DNA from: an uncultured Gammaproteobacteria bacterium
GTDB lineage: Bacteria; Patescibacteriota; Patescibacteriia; UBA11705; JABHMO01
Length of the DNA stretch: 64,000 nt
Reading direction: 5' to 3'
Assembly (NCBI GenBank): GCA_964590105.1
Contig: CAZPYM010000002.1
Coordinates: 218,697 to 282,696, forward strand
The notes under the pieces were generated by a model, which did no database searches, had not been told where the DNA came from, and was given only the letters and a program-made list of their open reading frames with translations. Of the stretch, positions 1-9,518 are shown piece by piece. Within the stretch, counting starts at the first letter, position 1; every line of letters starts with the position of its first letter. Position numbers and translations under genes: made by a program.

Positions 1-5
1 TCAAT

Positions 6-1712
6 TTGCCAGTAAATTTGGTTATTACTCAGCTTATGAAAAGCGGAATCATGGCCTCGTTAAATCAGCGGATTGATTTTGACACGGCGGCGATCATTGC
101 GGGCGACCTTGGCTATGAGGCGACGCAGATTGACCTCAATGAAAAATTTGATGTTGATAAATCTAAATTAATTTCTGATACAATTGCCGCTGAAAAAAAA
201 GAAACATTGGTAAATAGAGCTCCGATTGTAGTGGTCATGGGACATGTGGATCATGGCAAAACCAAACTCCTCGATGCTATCAGAAAAACTGACGTGGTCG
301 GGGGCGAGGCAGGCGGAATTACCCAGCACATTGGCGCTTATCAGGTGACGCGGCAAAATAGATTAATAACTTTCATTGATACTCCGGGTCATGAAGCTTT
401 TACGGCAATGCGTTCGAGGGGAGCCAAAGTGGCGGACGTGGCAATTTTAGTTGTCGCCGCGAACGAAGGTGTTAAGCCGCAAACGATTGAAGCGTTGAAA
501 ATTGCGCAAGAAGCCGATATCCCGATTTTAGTGGCGGTAAATAAAATAGATTTGCCGGATGCCAATCCTGAAAAAGTAAAACAAGAGTTAGCAAAATATA
601 ATTTAATGACAGAGGAATGGGGCGGCAAGACAATTTTCGTGGAAATTTCCGCCAAGTTTAATAAAAACATTGAAGCTGTTTTGGAAAATGTTTTATTGCT
701 CGCGGACATGAACCAGGACAGATTGAAAGCAAATCCGGCAGGAGAATTTGTGGGTAGTGTTATTGAGTCTCACGTAGATTCTGGCGCTGGACCGGTCGCG
801 ACTGTGCTGGTTCGCAATGGAACATTGCGCGTTGGCGATTATTTGGTGATTAGCGGCGTACTATATGGAAAAATTAGAGGCATGAAAAATTATCGCGGCA
901 GAGAATTGCAAGTAGCGGGGCCCGCGGTACCGGCCAGAATTTTGGGTCTGAAAGTGGCTCCCAAAGTCGGCGATGTGTTGGAGGCAGTAGATGATCCCAA
1001 AAAAGCGAAAAAATCAAAGACCTACCGAATGCAACAGGAAGAAACATTTATTAAACAAAAATTAGTTGAAGAAAATGGCGATCAGGATAGTGCAGACATA
1101 ACAAAATTGAATATAATTTTGCGTACGGATGTCCTTGGGTCGCAAGAAGCGATTATTGAATCATTAAAAAAATTTGAAACAGCGGATATTAAAATTGATA
1201 TAGTTTCAAAAGGACTGGGTAGAATTACTGAGAATGACGTGCTAAGTGCAGAATCAACCGGCGCCATGTTATTGGGATTTAATGTTTTGCCAAGTCAGCA
1301 GGCCGAAAGATTGGCTCAAGATAAAAAAGTAGCAATTCAAACATACAAAATTATTTATGAATTGATTGATGCGGTGAAAAAGGGTTTGCGTCAATTAATT
1401 AAACCAAAAGTCATCAGACGCGACTTGGGTAAGGTCACGGTACTTGCGATATTTAAAAAAACCAATGACTTACAAGTGGTCGGCGGCAAGGTTAAAGATG
1501 GCAGAATAGAACCGGGCGCAAAAGTCGCGGTATTGCGCCAAGAAGCTTTCATTACATCAGGCAAGATTACTGGACTCCAAGTCGGCAAGCAGGAAGTAAA
1601 AGATTGTGTAAAGGGGCAAGAGTGCGGGATAAAGTTTGTCGGGCAGCCTCTGATTGAAGTCGGCGATGTTTTGGATGTTTATCAGGAGGAGGAGAAATAT
1701 AAGAAAATATAA
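6..1712 (+). CDS. infB: Translation initiation factor IF-2 (5' end probably outside window)
   Basis: GHVDHGKT, DTPGHEAF and NKID GTPase motifs; GGITQHIGAY. Confidence 0.97.
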   Translation: MPVNLVITQLMKSGIMASLNQRIDFDTAAIIAGDLGYEATQIDLNEKFDVDKSKLISDTIAAEKKETLVNRAPIVVVMGHVDHGKTKLLDAIRKTDVVGGEAGGITQHIGAYQVTRQNRLITFIDTPGHEAFTAMRSRGAKVADVAILVVAANEGVKPQTIEALKIAQEADIPILVAVNKIDLPDANPEKVKQELAKYNLMTEEWGGKTIFVEISAKFNKNIEAVLENVLLLADMNQDRLKANPAGEFVGSVIESHVDSGAGPVATVLVRNGTLRVGDYLVISGVLYGKIRGMKNYRGRELQVAGPAVPARILGLKVAPKVGDVLEAVDDPKKAKKSKTYRMQQEETFIKQKLVEENGDQDSADITKLNIILRTDVLGSQEAIIESLKKFETADIKIDIVSKGLGRITENDVLSAESTGAMLLGFNVLPSQQAERLAQDKKVAIQTYKIIYELIDAVKKGLRQLIKPKVIRRDLGKVTVLAIFKKTNDLQVVGGKVKDGRIEPGAKVAVLRQEAFITSGKITGLQVGKQEVKDCVKGQECGIKFVGQPLIEVGDVLDVYQEEEKYKKI

Positions 1713-1940
1713 AATTTGATGTTGGTACGCAGTATAGAGATGCCGGATTAGAACAGGGAAGTTTGAAGTCGGCGTTAGAGCATAGATAAGAAATCCGGGT
1801 TCTGGTCCCGGCATCAGACATCCCATTTTTTAACCCGTATCCTGGTGCCGCGTACTTACATGTTTTTTCAACAGGCAGACTTGACAAAAGTTTGTTTTTT
1901 TGTTTAATTTAATTTGGAGAGTCCTTGTGGAAAAGTAGAT

Positions 1941-1988
1941 TTGACAGGCAATATGGATATGCTAAAATGTGTAATACATTGTAATACA
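1941..1988 (+). promoter_or_regulatory. Sigma70 promoter with tandem palindromic operator
   Basis: TTGACA 1941-46, TGcTAAAAT -10 at 1963-68, then TGTAATACA twice (1970-78, 1980-88). Confidence 0.6.
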
Positions 1989-2010
1989 ATAATAATTGAC
2001 AAATATTTGT

Positions 2011-2151
2011 ATGCGTTGCATAGTTACCCTTTCTTTGCCAGAAGACCTTTGTCGGGAAGTGGAAAAACAAATGAAAAAACATAAGTTCTCTTCAAAGAGC
2101 GAGTTTATGCGGCATATTTTGCGCTATTGGCTCGAGAAAAATAAAAAATAA
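2011..2151 (+). CDS. Ribbon-helix-helix (CopG/NikR-like) microprotein, 46 aa, not in ORF track
   Basis: MRCIVTLSLPEDLCREVEKQMKKHKFSSKSEFMRHILRYWLEKNKK; beta-strand, helix and S-x-SE-x-x-R pattern. Confidence 0.75.
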   Translation: MRCIVTLSLPEDLCREVEKQMKKHKFSSKSEFMRHILRYWLEKNKK

Positions 2152-2219
2152 CAAGAACGCGGTCGGAGATGTGCGCAAATTTTTTTTTGCGGATAATCAG
2201 CCGAGCGTTGTATGTTTTT

Positions 2220-2537
2220 ATGGAGTTGAATGATCAAAACTTTGAAAGTGAAGTATTAAGCTACAAAGACGGACCAGTCTTGGTGGATTTTTTTGCGACT
2301 TGGTGTGGGCCATGCCAAATGCTGGCGCCGATTATTGAAGAATTGTCAAAAGAAATGGCGGGGACCGCGGCGAAAATTTTTAAATTAAATGTTGATGGAA
2401 GCAATAATACCGCCGGCAAATACGGCGTGATGAGCATTCCTACATTGATTTTTTTCAAAAACGGCGAACCGGTGGAAACCTTGAACGGCTTGCAGAATAA
2501 GGAAGTGCTAAAGGGAAAACTCAAAGCGTTGCTGTAG
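2220..2537 (+). CDS. trxA: Thioredoxin
   Basis: WCGPC motif; start moved to ATG 2220. Confidence 0.95.
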   Translation: MELNDQNFESEVLSYKDGPVLVDFFATWCGPCQMLAPIIEELSKEMAGTAAKIFKLNVDGSNNTAGKYGVMSIPTLIFFKNGEPVETLNGLQNKEVLKGKLKALL

Positions 2538-2685
2538 AAAGTGGCGAATTAGCGAATTGGCGAATTAGGTGCCTGTGGCGGGAATTAACGGATTGAAGAT
2601 AGCGAATTAAGTTAACTAAGCGAATTTCAAATCGCTCAATCGCTCAATCTCTTAATTCGGTTGATTAATTTAATTAACTTTTTTT

Positions 2686-3654
2686 ATGAATAAATACGAT
2701 GTCATAATAATCGGCGGCGCTTGCGCCGGACTATCTGCGGCAATATATACGGCGCGACGCGAATTAAAAACAGTTGTTTTGACAAAAGATGTTGGAGGGC
2801 AGCTCGCAATTACAGCGGATGTGGAAAATTACCCGGGGTTTGTCAGTATCAAGGGACCTGAATTGGCTTTGAAATTCAAAGAGCAGGCTGAAAAATCAGG
2901 CGCGGAAATTAAATACGCCGAAGTCGCTGAAATTCAAAAAAAAGATTCCGGCTACATTGTAAAAACCAAAGATGAGGAATTCGAAACAGTGGCGATTATT
3001 TTGGCTTTTGGCTTGAAACAGCGGCAACTCGGCGTTCCGGGTGAAAAAGAATTAATTGGCAAAGGCGTGGCTTATTGCGCGACTTGCGACGGGCCGTTAT
3101 TCCGAGGAAAAAACGTGGCTGTGGTTGGCGGCGGCAACAGCGCTTTTGACGCGGCGGAATATTTATCAACGTTGGCAAAAAAAGTATATCTGTTTGCGAG
3201 GCGCGATGTTTATCGGGCGGAAGATGTGGTTGTCGATGCGGTCAAAGCCAGGTCAAACATTGAAATAATGAACTTCACGGAAGTTGGAGCGTTTATCGGC
3301 CAACAAAAGCTTGAAAAAGTTCAGCTTATCAATAATCAGACCAAAGGGAAAAGTGAATTGGAATTAGACGGCGTGTTTATTGAGATCGGTTGGGAAAGTC
3401 AATTGAAAAAAATCGCCGGACTTGAGAATTTAGTCGAGGCAAATGAACGAGGCTTTGTTATTGTTGACAATGATGCGAAAACTTCAGCGCCCGGAATTTT
3501 TGCGGCGGGCGATGTGACTAATACGCCATTCAAACAAGCTGTGATTTCCGCCGGCGATGGAGCGAGAGCGGCCATGAGCGCGGCTGTTTATATTCAGCGG
3601 GCGAGAGGCAAGGAAATTGGCGACGCTTTTGTTGATAGGGCGAAGAGGCGATAA
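2686..3654 (+). CDS. trxB: Thioredoxin-disulfide reductase
   Basis: GGACAGLSAA, CATCDG, GGGNSA, FAAGD motifs; follows trxA. Confidence 0.93.
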   Translation: MNKYDVIIIGGACAGLSAAIYTARRELKTVVLTKDVGGQLAITADVENYPGFVSIKGPELALKFKEQAEKSGAEIKYAEVAEIQKKDSGYIVKTKDEEFETVAIILAFGLKQRQLGVPGEKELIGKGVAYCATCDGPLFRGKNVAVVGGGNSAFDAAEYLSTLAKKVYLFARRDVYRAEDVVVDAVKARSNIEIMNFTEVGAFIGQQKLEKVQLINNQTKGKSELELDGVFIEIGWESQLKKIAGLENLVEANERGFVIVDNDAKTSAPGIFAAGDVTNTPFKQAVISAGDGARAAMSAAVYIQRARGKEIGDAFVDRAKRR

Positions 3655-3664
3655 ATAATGAATA

Positions 3665-3697
3665 ATGAATAATCCATTTGAAAATGCAATTAAATAA
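3665..3697 (+). pseudogene. Duplicated 5' fragment of gdhA (MNNPFENAIK*)
   Basis: Near-identical to 5016-5048, with CAA changed to TAA. Confidence 0.75.
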
Positions 3698-3716
3698 TTG
3701 AAATATTTAATGTTTT

Positions 3717-5006
3717 ATGGAAGAAAAAAAACAACAAATTTTGGATTACCATTCACAGCCAAAGCCAGGAAAGGTTTCGGTTATTCCGACTAAGCCTTGC
3801 ACAACAGCAAGGGAATTATCTTTAGCTTATACTCCGGGAGTGGCATTGCCATGTTTGGAAATTAAAAAAAATCCTGATGACGCATATCAATATACGGCTA
3901 AGGGAAATTTAGTAGCCGTGATTAGTAACGGCACCGCCGTTTTGGGATTGGGAAATATTGGCGCTTTAGCTTCAAAGCCGGTGATGGAAGGGAAAGGCGT
4001 TTTGTTTAAGCGCTTTGCCGGTGTGGACGTGTTTGATCTTGAGATTGATCAGACGGATCCTGACAAATTCATTGAAACAGTGCTCTCCCTGGCGCCAACC
4101 TTTGGCGGAATCAATCTCGAAGACATCAAGGCGCCGGAATGTTTTTATATAGAAGAGCGGTTAATTGAAAAAATGAATATTCCGATATTTCATGATGATC
4201 AGCATGGGACAGCAGTAATTATTGCGGCCAGCTTAATGAATGCGCTGGAAATAACCGGGAAAAAAATTGACCAGATTAAAATAATTTTTTCTGGAGCCGG
4301 AGCGGCGGCAATTGCCTGCGCGAATTTTTTGCTTGACATTGGCGCCTTAAAAGAAAATATTTTTATGTTTGACAGCAAGGGATTGTTGTTTGAAGGGAGG
4401 CTGTTTGAATTAAATAAATACAAAGCGAAGTTTATTCAAAAAAATGAGCAGTCCTTGACTGAGGCTATGAAAGCGGCCGATGTTTTTATCGGAGTTTCCA
4501 AAGGTAATTTAATTTCTCCTGAAATGCTGAAAGGAATGGCGGCTCAACCGATTGTTTTTGCCATGGCTAATCCAACGCCGGAAATCTCCTATGATTTGGC
4601 AAAGCAAACAGTCCCCGACATTATCATGGCTACCGGCGGAAGCGATTTTCCAAATCAGGTAAATAATGTGTTGGGGTTCCCGTTTATTTTTCGCGGCGCG
4701 CTGGATGTTCGGGCCAGGACAATAAACAAGCAGATGAAATTAGCGGCGGCAAAAGCTTTGGCTAGATTGGCGCATGAACCGGTTGTTGAAGAAGTTACAA
4801 AGGCTTATGGTAAAAGCTTTTCTTTCGGTCCTGACTATATTATTCCCAAACCGTTTGATCCGCGAGCATTATCTCGTGTTGCCACGGCTGTTGCCAAGGC
4901 GGCAATAGAAAGCGGCGTTGCCCGAAAACAAATTAATGATTTTCCTCAATATACGCGAGACTTAGAAGCTTTAGCAATCAAATTGGCGCAGGGAGTATTT
5001 ATTTAA
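3717..5006 (+). CDS. NAD(P)-dependent malic enzyme (MaeB-like N-terminal part, no PTA domain)
   Basis: [35 protein letters not shown] motifs. Confidence 0.92.
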   Translation: MEEKKQQILDYHSQPKPGKVSVIPTKPCTTARELSLAYTPGVALPCLEIKKNPDDAYQYTAKGNLVAVISNGTAVLGLGNIGALASKPVMEGKGVLFKRFAGVDVFDLEIDQTDPDKFIETVLSLAPTFGGINLEDIKAPECFYIEERLIEKMNIPIFHDDQHGTAVIIAASLMNALEITGKKIDQIKIIFSGAGAAAIACANFLLDIGALKENIFMFDSKGLLFEGRLFELNKYKAKFIQKNEQSLTEAMKAADVFIGVSKGNLISPEMLKGMAAQPIVFAMANPTPEISYDLAKQTVPDIIMATGGSDFPNQVNNVLGFPFIFRGALDVRARTINKQMKLAAAKALARLAHEPVVEEVTKAYGKSFSFGPDYIIPKPFDPRALSRVATAVAKAAIESGVARKQINDFPQYTRDLEALAIKLAQGVFI

Positions 5007-5015
5007 TGATTTTTT

Positions 5016-6302
5016 ATGAATAATCCATTTGAAAACGCAATTAAACAATTAGAAAAAGCGGCGCAGGTTATTAATTTAGATGCGCAAGTTTTAGAATTAT
5101 TAAAAATCCCGGATCGAATTTTGCAAGTTAAATTGCCCGTTAAAATGGACGATGGTAGTTTGAAAATATTTGAAGGCTACCGCGTCCAGCACAATAATTG
5201 GGCCGGCCCATACAAAGGCGGACTTCGATATTACCCAACAGTTGATCTGGACGAAGTAAAAGCTTTAGCTTTATGGATGACGATTAAATGCGCTGTTGCC
5301 GGTATTCCAATGGGGGGCGGCAAGGGCGGCGTTACAGTTAACCCAAAAGAATTGAGTGAAGGTGAATTAGAAAGACTTAGTCGTGAGTTTGGCAAAGCCT
5401 TGGCTCCGAATATTGGGCCAAAAGTCGATGTTCCGGCTCCGGATGTTTATACCAATTCGCAAATTATGAATTGGGTTAAAGAATCATATCGGGAAAATAA
5501 AATTAAGGAAAATGGTTTTGAAGAAACGGAAAAACAAAAAAAAGAGTTTGAAGCAGTTATTACCGGAAAAGCACTTGGCCAGGGTGGCAGTTTGGGTCGT
5601 GATCGAGCCACGGCGATGGGTGGGTTTTATGTTTTGCAAGCCATGATGGAGACGCGATTAATCGCGTCTTTACAGCCCACGGTCGCGATTCAGGGATTTG
5701 GCAATGCCGGTTCGGTGATGGCCGAGCTTTGTTATGCCGCCGGGTACAAGGTGGTGGCTGTTTCTGATTCGCAAGGCGGGATTTATGATTCTGAAGGATT
5801 GGATATAAAAAGGGTCATTGAACAAAAGAAATCCACAGGACAAATCAAGGGGCTAGAGGGGATAACGGAGATAACAAATGAACAGTTGCTTGAACTAGAA
5901 GTAGACGTTTTGGTGCCGGCAGCCTTAGAGAATGTTATTACCAAAGATAATGCAGAAAATGTTAAAGCCAAGTTTATTGTTGAATTAGCCAATGGACCAA
6001 TAACGCCGGAAGCGGATGAGATATTGGCTAAAAATGGGATAAAATCAGTACCTGATGTGCTGGCTAATTCGGGTGGAGTGACAGTAAGTTATTTCGAATG
6101 GCAGCAAAATATGGAAGATGCGTATTGGACAGAAGAACAGGTTTTTGACAAGCTGAAACAAATCATTGTGCCGGCATTTCACGAGATTTGGCAGATTCAC
6201 AAAGACCGGGGAATTGACCTGCGCACGGCGGCTTTTGTCAGGGCACTGGAAAGATTGAAAGGACTATGGTATAATAAAGATGTTAGTAAGACTAATAATT
6301 AA
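5016..6302 (+). CDS. gdhA: Glu/Leu/Phe/Val dehydrogenase (glutamate dehydrogenase)
   Basis: GPYKGGLRY, GGGKGG, DVPAPD, QGFGNAG, SYFEW motifs. Confidence 0.92.
   Translation: MNNPFENAIKQLEKAAQVINLDAQVLELLKIPDRILQVKLPVKMDDGSLKIFEGYRVQHNNWAGPYKGGLRYYPTVDLDEVKALALWMTIKCAVAGIPMGGGKGGVTVNPKELSEGELERLSREFGKALAPNIGPKVDVPAPDVYTNSQIMNWVKESYRENKIKENGFEETEKQKKEFEAVITGKALGQGGSLGRDRATAMGGFYVLQAMMETRLIASLQPTVAIQGFGNAGSVMAELCYAAGYKVVAVSDSQGGIYDSEGLDIKRVIEQKKSTGQIKGLEGITEITNEQLLELEVDVLVPAALENVITKDNAENVKAKFIVELANGPITPEADEILAKNGIKSVPDVLANSGGVTVSYFEWQQNMEDAYWTEEQVFDKLKQIIVPAFHEIWQIHKDRGIDLRTAAFVRALERLKGLWYNKDVSKTNN
5650..5669. repeat. REP-like perfect palindrome inside gdhA
   Basis: AGACGCGATTAATCGCGTCT, 20-bp perfect palindrome read in frame as ETRLIAS. 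Confidence 0.65.
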
Positions 6303-6309
6303 TAAAACT

Positions 6310-6567
6310 ATGGTCAGGAAATTGAACCCGGCTTTGAAAAAGCCATTAAAGTTAACAGCAGAATTGGAAGCAGTCGTTGGAAAAGGTCCGTTACCTAGAT
6401 TTGAAGTAGTGAAAAAGCTTTGGGCTTACATCAAGAAGCATGATCTTCAGAACCCAAAGAACAAAAGGAACATTATTGCCGACGCCGCACTGTTAAAAGT
6501 TTTTGGCGGCAAAAAAGAAGTCAACATGTTTGAAATGACAAAGATCGTTTCAAAGCACATGAGCTAA
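6310..6567 (+). CDS. SWIB/MDM2 domain protein
   Basis: LEAVVG..LPRFEVVKKLWAYIKKHDLQNPKNKRNI.AD pattern. Confidence 0.88.
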   Translation: MVRKLNPALKKPLKLTAELEAVVGKGPLPRFEVVKKLWAYIKKHDLQNPKNKRNIIADAALLKVFGGKKEVNMFEMTKIVSKHMS

Positions 6568-6620
6568 AATTTTTTCTGAAATACGAACAAGGGCTCCCGC
6601 GAGGGGGCTTTTGTGATAAG

Positions 6621-6651
6621 AAAAAACCTGGGGTTTGACCTCAGGTTTTTT
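6621..6651. terminator. Bidirectional intrinsic terminator
   Basis: A6-CCTGGGG/CCTCAGG-T6 hairpin between convergent genes. Confidence 0.7.
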
Positions 6652-6669
6652 GAATTAATCATTTCGTGT

Positions 6670-6891
6670 TTAGTTATTTTCTTGTGCTTCTTCTTGGGTA
6701 ATTGTCATCTCAACATCAAACCATAGTCTATGCCATCCATGGCTAAATAACCCATCATTTAAAGATCTTTCAAATAATTCAGCCAAGCTTATCTTTTCTC
6801 TTTCGGCTGTATAATTTAAGCAATCAAATATTCCAGCTTCATCTTCCGGTTCCTTAATTTTTATAGTTATAATTCGTTTTGGTTGTGTCAT
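6670..6891 (-). CDS. Hypothetical small protein
   Basis: 73-aa ORF with AAGGAG SD. Confidence 0.55.
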   Translation of the reverse strand: MTQPKRIITIKIKEPEDEAGIFDCLNYTAEREKISLAELFERSLNDGLFSHGWHRLWFDVEMTITQEEAQENN

Positions 6892-6997
6892 TTTTTTCTC
6901 CTTTTTTTTTCGCTTATATTCTTTGTTGTCTTTTTACCGGCGAAAGTTTATGCCGGGCAGAATAATGATTAATTCATTTTCTGTTACCGCCTTGATT

Positions 6998-7315
6998 TCA
7001 ATTGATTTCCTCGGCTGAATGGATATGTAGCGTTATTCGATATTCACCGAAACACCAGATAGCGTGGCGATATATAGTTGCCCATATGTCTTTTTCGGGA
7101 GATGCATCCATTACGATTTGAAAGTCACATATGCATTTGGGTTCATAAGTTTTTAGGTCTTGTGAGTTAGCAGAGTCGGAGTACCACAACGTATAATTTT
7201 CGGGACCACTCGCCACAATGCGTTTCACATGCAATAGTTCGATCGTACTTTCACTGCAAGAGGTGAGGCAAAGAATTGCGAAAACTAACCAGGTCAATCT
7301 TTTTATTTTATTCAT
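6998..7315 (-). CDS. Putative lipoprotein
   Basis: Basic N-terminus, hydrophobic stretch, LTSC lipobox; ATGA overlap with upstream ORF. Confidence 0.6.
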   Translation of the reverse strand: MNKIKRLTWLVFAILCLTSCSESTIELLHVKRIVASGPENYTLWYSDSANSQDLKTYEPKCICDFQIVMDASPEKDIWATIYRHAIWCFGEYRITLHIHSAEEIN

Positions 7316-7614
7316 TGTGCCTCCCTCGCTGGTTTCTTTTGTAGTATCAGTTCAATCAGTGCACTTATCAATATAGCTGCAATTATTGTAACTATGATAG
7401 CGATTATCGGTATGAGTTTTGATTCCAATCCCCAAAGTTCCATGCCGAATTGAATACCGCAAAGGCACATTCCAATAGAGCTGAGGTCAAAAGCTTTTCC
7501 CCATTTAATATCGTTTCCGTTTATCGGTTTTCCTTTTTCCCTTCTTCCGCTCGCCAAAATGTTGACAATGGCAATGGGAAGAGCCAGTATTAGCCAGAAA
7601 TAAAACCAGAACAT
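7312..7614 (-). CDS. Small membrane protein (about 3 TM)
   Basis: AAGGAGGT SD before ATG 7614; hydrophobic segments. Confidence 0.6.
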   Translation of the reverse strand: MFWFYFWLILALPIAIVNILASGRREKGKPINGNDIKWGKAFDLSSIGMCLCGIQFGMELWGLESKLIPIIAIIVTIIAAILISALIELILQKKPAREAQ

Positions 7615-7655
7615 AAATACCTCCTTGTTGTTTGTCAATCAGAGAATAAATTGTT

Positions 7656-8120
7656 TTATTTAGTGGGGACATATAGTTTTATCCCTCGCCAGTCGATTTG
7701 AATAGGTAATCCTTTTAGCGCAGGATCAATTCCAAGTTCGTCAATTTCGTCTTCTGAAATTATTCCATTGCATTCTATCCATTGCCATGTGCGAGCCTTT
7801 AGATATTCTTTCCTTGGCGCATCAAGAAGTTCTTCTAGAAAATTATTATCGTTCATAATTCGTTCAATGTCATTGCTACTCAGCGGTTTTAAATGAATCC
7901 AGTTTGGGCCATTTTGAGCCATGCCGAAACCTGGACAGACAAGGTAGCTGCCGATGTCAATTATTTCACCTTCAAGAGTTTGGATCGGAGTTGTAACCTC
8001 GATCAGCGCGCCACACGGCGGAGCGGTATTTGGGCAATCACTGCTAAATAGTTTTCGTAAATGCGCGGCAATTGGGTCAAAGTAAGCAGGAATCGCTTGG
8101 GGGGTGCTGATGTCTGTCAT
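7656..8120 (-). CDS. Hypothetical protein
   Basis: 154-aa ORF, AGGAGG SD. Confidence 0.6.
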   Translation of the reverse strand: MTDISTPQAIPAYFDPIAAHLRKLFSSDCPNTAPPCGALIEVTTPIQTLEGEIIDIGSYLVCPGFGMAQNGPNWIHLKPLSSNDIERIMNDNNFLEELLDAPRKEYLKARTWQWIECNGIISEDEIDELGIDPALKGLPIQIDWRGIKLYVPTK

Positions 8121-8162
8121 CTTTGTTTCCTCCTGTTGTTTGTTGTCGTTTATGGCTATAAT

Positions 8163-8429
8163 TTATAGCCTGTCCCAAAATGCTTTTAATGGATTATATA
8201 ATTTTGTAATCGGTTGAGGCGGTTTTATACTCATCAATGTTATCCCGAAAATTATTATGCCTAGGAGGCACCATGCAGATAAAAGATACATTATGAGTAC
8301 GGGGACAAAAATTAGGAAAGCGTAGGTCTTGTCTGTTAAGTAGCCGATACAAAAAAAGAATGTCCCGATTGCGCTGAAAAGAAAGATCAGTTTACTGAGT
8401 TTTCTAATGTAAGATTTGCATTCTTCCAT
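8163..8429 (-). CDS. Small membrane protein (2 TM)
   Basis: GAGGAG SD, two hydrophobic helices. Confidence 0.55.
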   Translation of the reverse strand: MEECKSYIRKLSKLIFLFSAIGTFFFCIGYLTDKTYAFLIFVPVLIMYLLSAWCLLGIIIFGITLMSIKPPQPITKLYNPLKAFWDRL

Positions 8430-8712
8430 GGCGGATCTCCTCGGTTGTCAATGAGCAAGTTATTGTAAAGTATCAATTGTAGAAGATTTCGTAAAGGGAG
8501 TGTTACAAGTGTTTATCTTAAAATTAAACAAAACATTACGATTATTTATACTTTGTAAAATCGTATTGACACAAAACAATAAGGTTGTTATCATTAAATT
8601 AACGCATCCCTTTCCTAGCCGCCGTTGGCGGTAGGGTGCGATGTGGGTGAGCAACAAACAGCTTAACTCTCAAGCTAAAGCGGTGAGGTAATTCACAATT
8701 AAATATTGTATT

Positions 8713-9486
8713 ATGAATAATGAACAACTTCTAAATAAGGCAGGTCTTGATGAAACCGAGTCCAAAGTTTATTTGGCTCTTTTGCAATTAGGACCGGCAA
8801 CAGTTAGCGAAATTACCCAGAAGGCCGAAGTTACCAGAACACTGGGTTATCATGTTTTAAATAAATTGGGGATATACGGCTTGGTTGATCAAACTTCGGG
8901 GCATGGACAAAAAGTGGTTTACAGCGCCGAGCATCCTCAGCGGTTAGTTCAATTTGTAAAAAATAAAAAAAATAAGTGGGAACGTAATCTAAAAGAAATT
9001 GAACAGAATTTGCCTGATTTAGTTTTATTGTTTAAGATAGCAGAAAAGCCGACTATTCGTTATCAGCAAGGCGTTGAAGGTTTAAAAAATATTTATGAAG
9101 AAACGTTAGCTTCAACTACGGAAATTTTATCCATTCTTGACGTGGAAGGTTGGGCTAAGCCGGAATTTAAAAATTGGGGAGAGAATTATAATTTTGAACG
9201 GAGTAAACGCAAAATTCATGAGAAAGTTTTACTCTTGGCCACCGAGGTGGCGCGTGATTGGATGAAGAATTTTAAGGGTTCATTTAAATACACTGAATAT
9301 CGTTGGATAAATAAAGAAGAATTGCCGGGGATTGAAGATTTTGGCGGTGAAATAAATATTTACGAAAATAAAGTTGTTATGGCGTTATTAAAACCCGTGC
9401 CAATGGGCGTGATAATAGAAAGTAGGGCATTGGCCAATTTGTTGCGCGGACTGCACAGCCTTGCATGGAACGCTAAAAAAAGTTAG
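8713..9486 (+). CDS. TrmB-family transcriptional regulator
   Basis: GL..E.KVYLALL..G.AT..EI...RT..Y..L HTH; P.IRY.QG.EG linker; EINIYENKV C-terminal domain. Confidence 0.88.
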   Translation: MNNEQLLNKAGLDETESKVYLALLQLGPATVSEITQKAEVTRTLGYHVLNKLGIYGLVDQTSGHGQKVVYSAEHPQRLVQFVKNKKNKWERNLKEIEQNLPDLVLLFKIAEKPTIRYQQGVEGLKNIYEETLASTTEILSILDVEGWAKPEFKNWGENYNFERSKRKIHEKVLLLATEVARDWMKNFKGSFKYTEYRWINKEELPGIEDFGGEINIYENKVVMALLKPVPMGVIIESRALANLLRGLHSLAWNAKKS

Positions 9487-9518
9487 ATTTAACGTACTAA
9501 AATTGAACTTGGATTAGT

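Noticed and set aside
1557-1887. Minus-strand ORFs overlapping the infB end
   Set aside because: Antisense shadows with non-ATG starts and no family motifs.
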